From Nitrospirota bacterium (lineage in GTDB: Bacteria; Nitrospirota; UBA9217): 64,000 nt of DNA. A program made the translations under genes and the position numbers. The stretch is from NCBI GenBank assembly GCA_963663225.1, contig OY760142.1, positions 2,400,001-2,464,000 on the forward strand. The letters are read 5' to 3'. The notes beneath the pieces are model-generated. The model was not told the origin of the DNA. It did no database searches and was given only the letters and a program-made list of their open reading frames with translations. Below, one piece after another: positions 61,178 through 64,000 of this stretch; within the stretch, counting starts at the first letter, position 1; each line of letters begins with the position of its first letter.

Positions 61178-61263
61178 ACAGCGCTGTAGAATTTTTTTGC
61201 GGCGACTGCGGCCGGAAGATTTTTTTGTCATTAAATGTCTGCGCGCGCAGCAGTGACGGAACG

Positions 61264-61743
61264 ATGAAGGTATTATTCCAGGATATAAAGAAACTTGAAA
61301 CAGAAGCCCTCATCGTCGGTTTCTTTGAAGACGTCAGGCCTCTCAAGGGTCTTGCAGGGGAACTTGACTGGTTGCTTTGCGGTTCTCTTTCCAACCTTAT
61401 TATTAGCAGAAAACTGAGCGGTTCGCTCGGAGATATTGCGCTGCTTACCTCACAGGGGAAATTGCCGGTTCAGAAGATTTTTATGCTTGGCCTCGGCCGC
61501 AGAGCGGATTTTTCTGCTTCAATCTTGCACAATGTGGCAATGACTGCGGCAGCCAGCGTGCTGGGGACGGGGGTCACACAAGCCGCACTCGAATTCTTCC
61601 TGCCGGCCAATGTATCCTATGACAGCGTTTTATCCGCCCTGAGCGAGGGATTGACGCAGGGCGCGCAGGGGCGTACCCTTGATGTATCCCTTCTTGCTCC
61701 AACTGCGACTGCGTATGAGAAACTTGCGCAATTGCTCCTGTAA
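61264..61743 (+). CDS. Stand-alone leucyl aminopeptidase (M17) N-terminal-like domain protein
   Basis: FED.RPL.GLAG.LDW.LCG.LS, G..G...L, LGLG; no catalytic domain. Confidence 0.65.
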   Translation: MKVLFQDIKKLETEALIVGFFEDVRPLKGLAGELDWLLCGSLSNLIISRKLSGSLGDIALLTSQGKLPVQKIFMLGLGRRADFSASILHNVAMTAAASVLGTGVTQAALEFFLPANVSYDSVLSALSEGLTQGAQGRTLDVSLLAPTATAYEKLAQLLL

Positions 61744-61850
61744 GCATTATAGAGCTAAGCCCTTGCTCAATCAGAATGTAGGTTCCCGTACGAAGAAGTC
61801 GCTCCGTGAATGTGACAAAAAAATTATAGATACAAAGACAGGAGACCTTG

Positions 61851-63155
61851 ATGATCCCTCGTTACAGCAGACCCGAAATGGCCGGGCTATGGGAGCCTGT
61901 GAATAGATATCAAGCATGGCTCGATGTGGAAATTCTTGCATGCGAGGCAAATGCCAAGCTGGGATTGATACCCGCAAAGGCCCTGGCGACCATTAAAAAA
62001 AAGGCGGACTTTGATGTAAAGCGGGTTGATGAGCTTGAACAAACGGTAAAGCACGATGTAATAGCCTTCCTTACCGCGGTTGGTGAAAAAGTCGGGCCTG
62101 AGTCCCGCTTTATTCATTTAGGCCTCACGTCTTCTGACGTGCTGGATACATCTCTGGCCGTGCTCATGCGCAGAGCGGCGGATATCATTATTGACGACAT
62201 CCGGATTGTGCTAAAGGCGCTCAAAAAAAAGGCTTTACGATACCGCCATACGGTCATGATCGGACGATCGCACGGTATCCACGCCGAACCGGTCACATTC
62301 GGCCTGAAAATGGCCCTCTGGTATGAAGAAATGGGACGCGCTTTGGAGCGCATGCTGCGTGCCAAAGAGGTTATCAGCGTCGGCAAGGTTTCCGGCGCGG
62401 TGGGAACGTTTGCAAACATTGATCCTTTTGTAGAATCCTATGTCTGCAGGAAGCTCGGGTTGAAGCCGGAACCGGCGGCAACACAGGTGGTGCAACGGGA
62501 CCGTCATGCGGAGTTTCTGTCTGCCCTCGCCCTTATTGCGTCGTCCATCGAGAAATTTTCAGTAGAGCTGCGTCATCTCCAACGGACCGAGGTCCTTGAA
62601 GCCGAAGAGTTTTTTTCAGCGGGGCAAAAGGGTTCGTCAGCCATGCCTCACAAAAGGAACCCGATATCAGCGGAGAATCTTACAGGCCTCGCGCGAGTGA
62701 TCCGTTCCAATGCCTTTGCTGCTCTGGAGAATGTCGCTTTGTGGCACGAGCGGGACATAAGCCATTCGTCAGTTGAACGGATCATTATTCCCGACAGCAC
62801 CATTCTGATTGATTATATGCTGATACGCTTCAGCAATCTGATTGAGCGCCTCTTTGTGTATCCCGAGAACATGCAGCGGAATATGAAAATTTCCAAAGGA
62901 CTTTTTCATTCCGAGACCGTTATGCTGGCTTTGGTAGGCAAGGGTCTTTCCCGCGAAACTGCATACGCATTCGTGCAGAGAAACGCAATGGAAGTATGGA
63001 AGCAGGGCGGAGATTTTAAAGAACGCTTGAAAAGCGACAGCGACATCAGCAGCTATCTGAGCGACCGGGAAATTGACGATTGCTTTGACCTTTCGCATAC
63101 GCTCCGCAAAATTGACTTTATCTTTACGAGAGTTTTTAAAAAAAGCCGGAAATGA
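61851..63155 (+). CDS. purB: Adenylosuccinate lyase
   Basis: MIPRY, HDV.AF, GRSHG.HAEP, GSSAMPHKRNP. Confidence 0.97.
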   Translation: MIPRYSRPEMAGLWEPVNRYQAWLDVEILACEANAKLGLIPAKALATIKKKADFDVKRVDELEQTVKHDVIAFLTAVGEKVGPESRFIHLGLTSSDVLDTSLAVLMRRAADIIIDDIRIVLKALKKKALRYRHTVMIGRSHGIHAEPVTFGLKMALWYEEMGRALERMLRAKEVISVGKVSGAVGTFANIDPFVESYVCRKLGLKPEPAATQVVQRDRHAEFLSALALIASSIEKFSVELRHLQRTEVLEAEEFFSAGQKGSSAMPHKRNPISAENLTGLARVIRSNAFAALENVALWHERDISHSSVERIIIPDSTILIDYMLIRFSNLIERLFVYPENMQRNMKISKGLFHSETVMLALVGKGLSRETAYAFVQRNAMEVWKQGGDFKERLKSDSDISSYLSDREIDDCFDLSHTLRKIDFIFTRVFKKSRK

Positions 63156-63204
63156 ACGTCACAGATTGGTATTCTGGCTGACAAAAAACAACAGAGGAAT
63201 GATT

Positions 63205-64000
63205 ATGTTTGACAAGCTTCATGAAGAATGCGGGGTATTTGGTATTTTCGGCCATCCCGACGCCGCGAATCTCGTGTATCTGGGGCTGTATGCACTCCAG
63301 CACCGGGGGCAGGAATCGGCGGGCATTGTTTCAAGCGATGGCAGCAGGCTTTATAGTGAAAAGGCCATGGGGCTCGTCGCAGATATCTTCAATGAAGACC
63401 GCATCAAAAGGCTGCCGGGACATACCGCGATCGGACACAACCGATATTCAACAACCGGCGAAAGCATCGCCATTAATATTCAGCCCATTCTTGCAAATTT
63501 TGCCCTCGGCAGTCTTGCGATCGCGCACAACGGCAATTTGGTTAATGCCGGCATTCTGAAGGATGAACTTGAAGCATACGGGTCTATTTTCCAGTCTACC
63601 ATGGACAGCGAGGTGATAGTTCACCTCATTGCCCAGTCGCGCATGGCGACTCTGCCTGAGCGCATTGTGGACGCTCTCGGCCCTGTCCAGGGGTCATACA
63701 GCTTGCTGATGCTGACGCCGCATGAGCTGATAGCGGTTCGCGATCCGCACGGGTTCAGGCCCCTTTCGATCGGGGAATTGAACGGTGCCTACGTTGTCGC
63801 ATCGGAAACATGCGCGTTTGATCTGATCGAGGCGAACTATATCCGCGATATCGCACCGGGAGAGATGGTGATAATCAACAGCAAGGGCATCCAGTCCACT
63901 TTTCCGTTTCCGCAGAAGCAGCCTTCACACTGCATATTCGAATTTATCTACTTTGCGCGTCCCGACAGCATGGTGTTCGGTCAAAATGTGTATTCCATCA
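63205..64000 (+). CDS. purF: Amidophosphoribosyltransferase, 3'-truncated by window edge
   Basis: Manual translation MFDKLHEE/CGVFG, LQHRGQE, GHNRYST, HNGNL, RDP.G.RPL, FEFIYFARPDS. Confidence 0.95.
   Translation, partial: MFDKLHEECGVFGIFGHPDAANLVYLGLYALQHRGQESAGIVSSDGSRLYSEKAMGLVADIFNEDRIKRLPGHTAIGHNRYSTTGESIAINIQPILANFALGSLAIAHNGNLVNAGILKDELEAYGSIFQSTMDSEVIVHLIAQSRMATLPERIVDALGPVQGSYSLLMLTPHELIAVRDPHGFRPLSIGELNGAYVVASETCAFDLIEANYIRDIAPGEMVIINSKGIQSTFPFPQKQPSHCIFEFIYFARPDSMVFGQNVYSI

Noticed and set aside
63209-63559. 116-aa ORF
   Set aside because: Wrong frame; the real gene is purF from 63205.

Overview
Chromosomal window from a diderm bacterium, probably Nitrospirota or Deltaproteobacteria-like (inferred from gene content and a Geobacter-type NikR operator). 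Housekeeping genes: PBP1A, cobO, phoH-pgpH-ybeY-dgkA, accA, rplI-dnaB, hisS, eno, glgP, ribE-ribBA-ribH-nusB, purB-purF. They flank an AT-richer ~17 kb type IV pilus tip-complex region with two tandem, diverged, sigma54-driven operons (pilV-pilW-pilX-small secreted protein-pilY1-Ig lipoprotein-fimU) and a third fimU. Best leads: (1) the small secreted gene before each pilY1 looks like a stand-alone copy of the Cys-containing subdomain inserted in the PilY1 vWA domain; (2) a ~180-nt structured RNA of no recognised family with its own promoter and terminator; (3) a full-length phosphohexomutase paralogue with all catalytic motifs substituted; (4) an RsbU/RsbW/RsbV partner switch with no sigma factor, directly upstream of mlaE-F-D; (5) several apparently leaderless mRNAs; (6) a NikR-controlled beta-barrel/ECF/His-rich fusion/FmdE nickel locus. 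No rRNA, tRNA, CRISPR array or mobile element was recognised. All calls come from reading motifs by eye; no searches were run.
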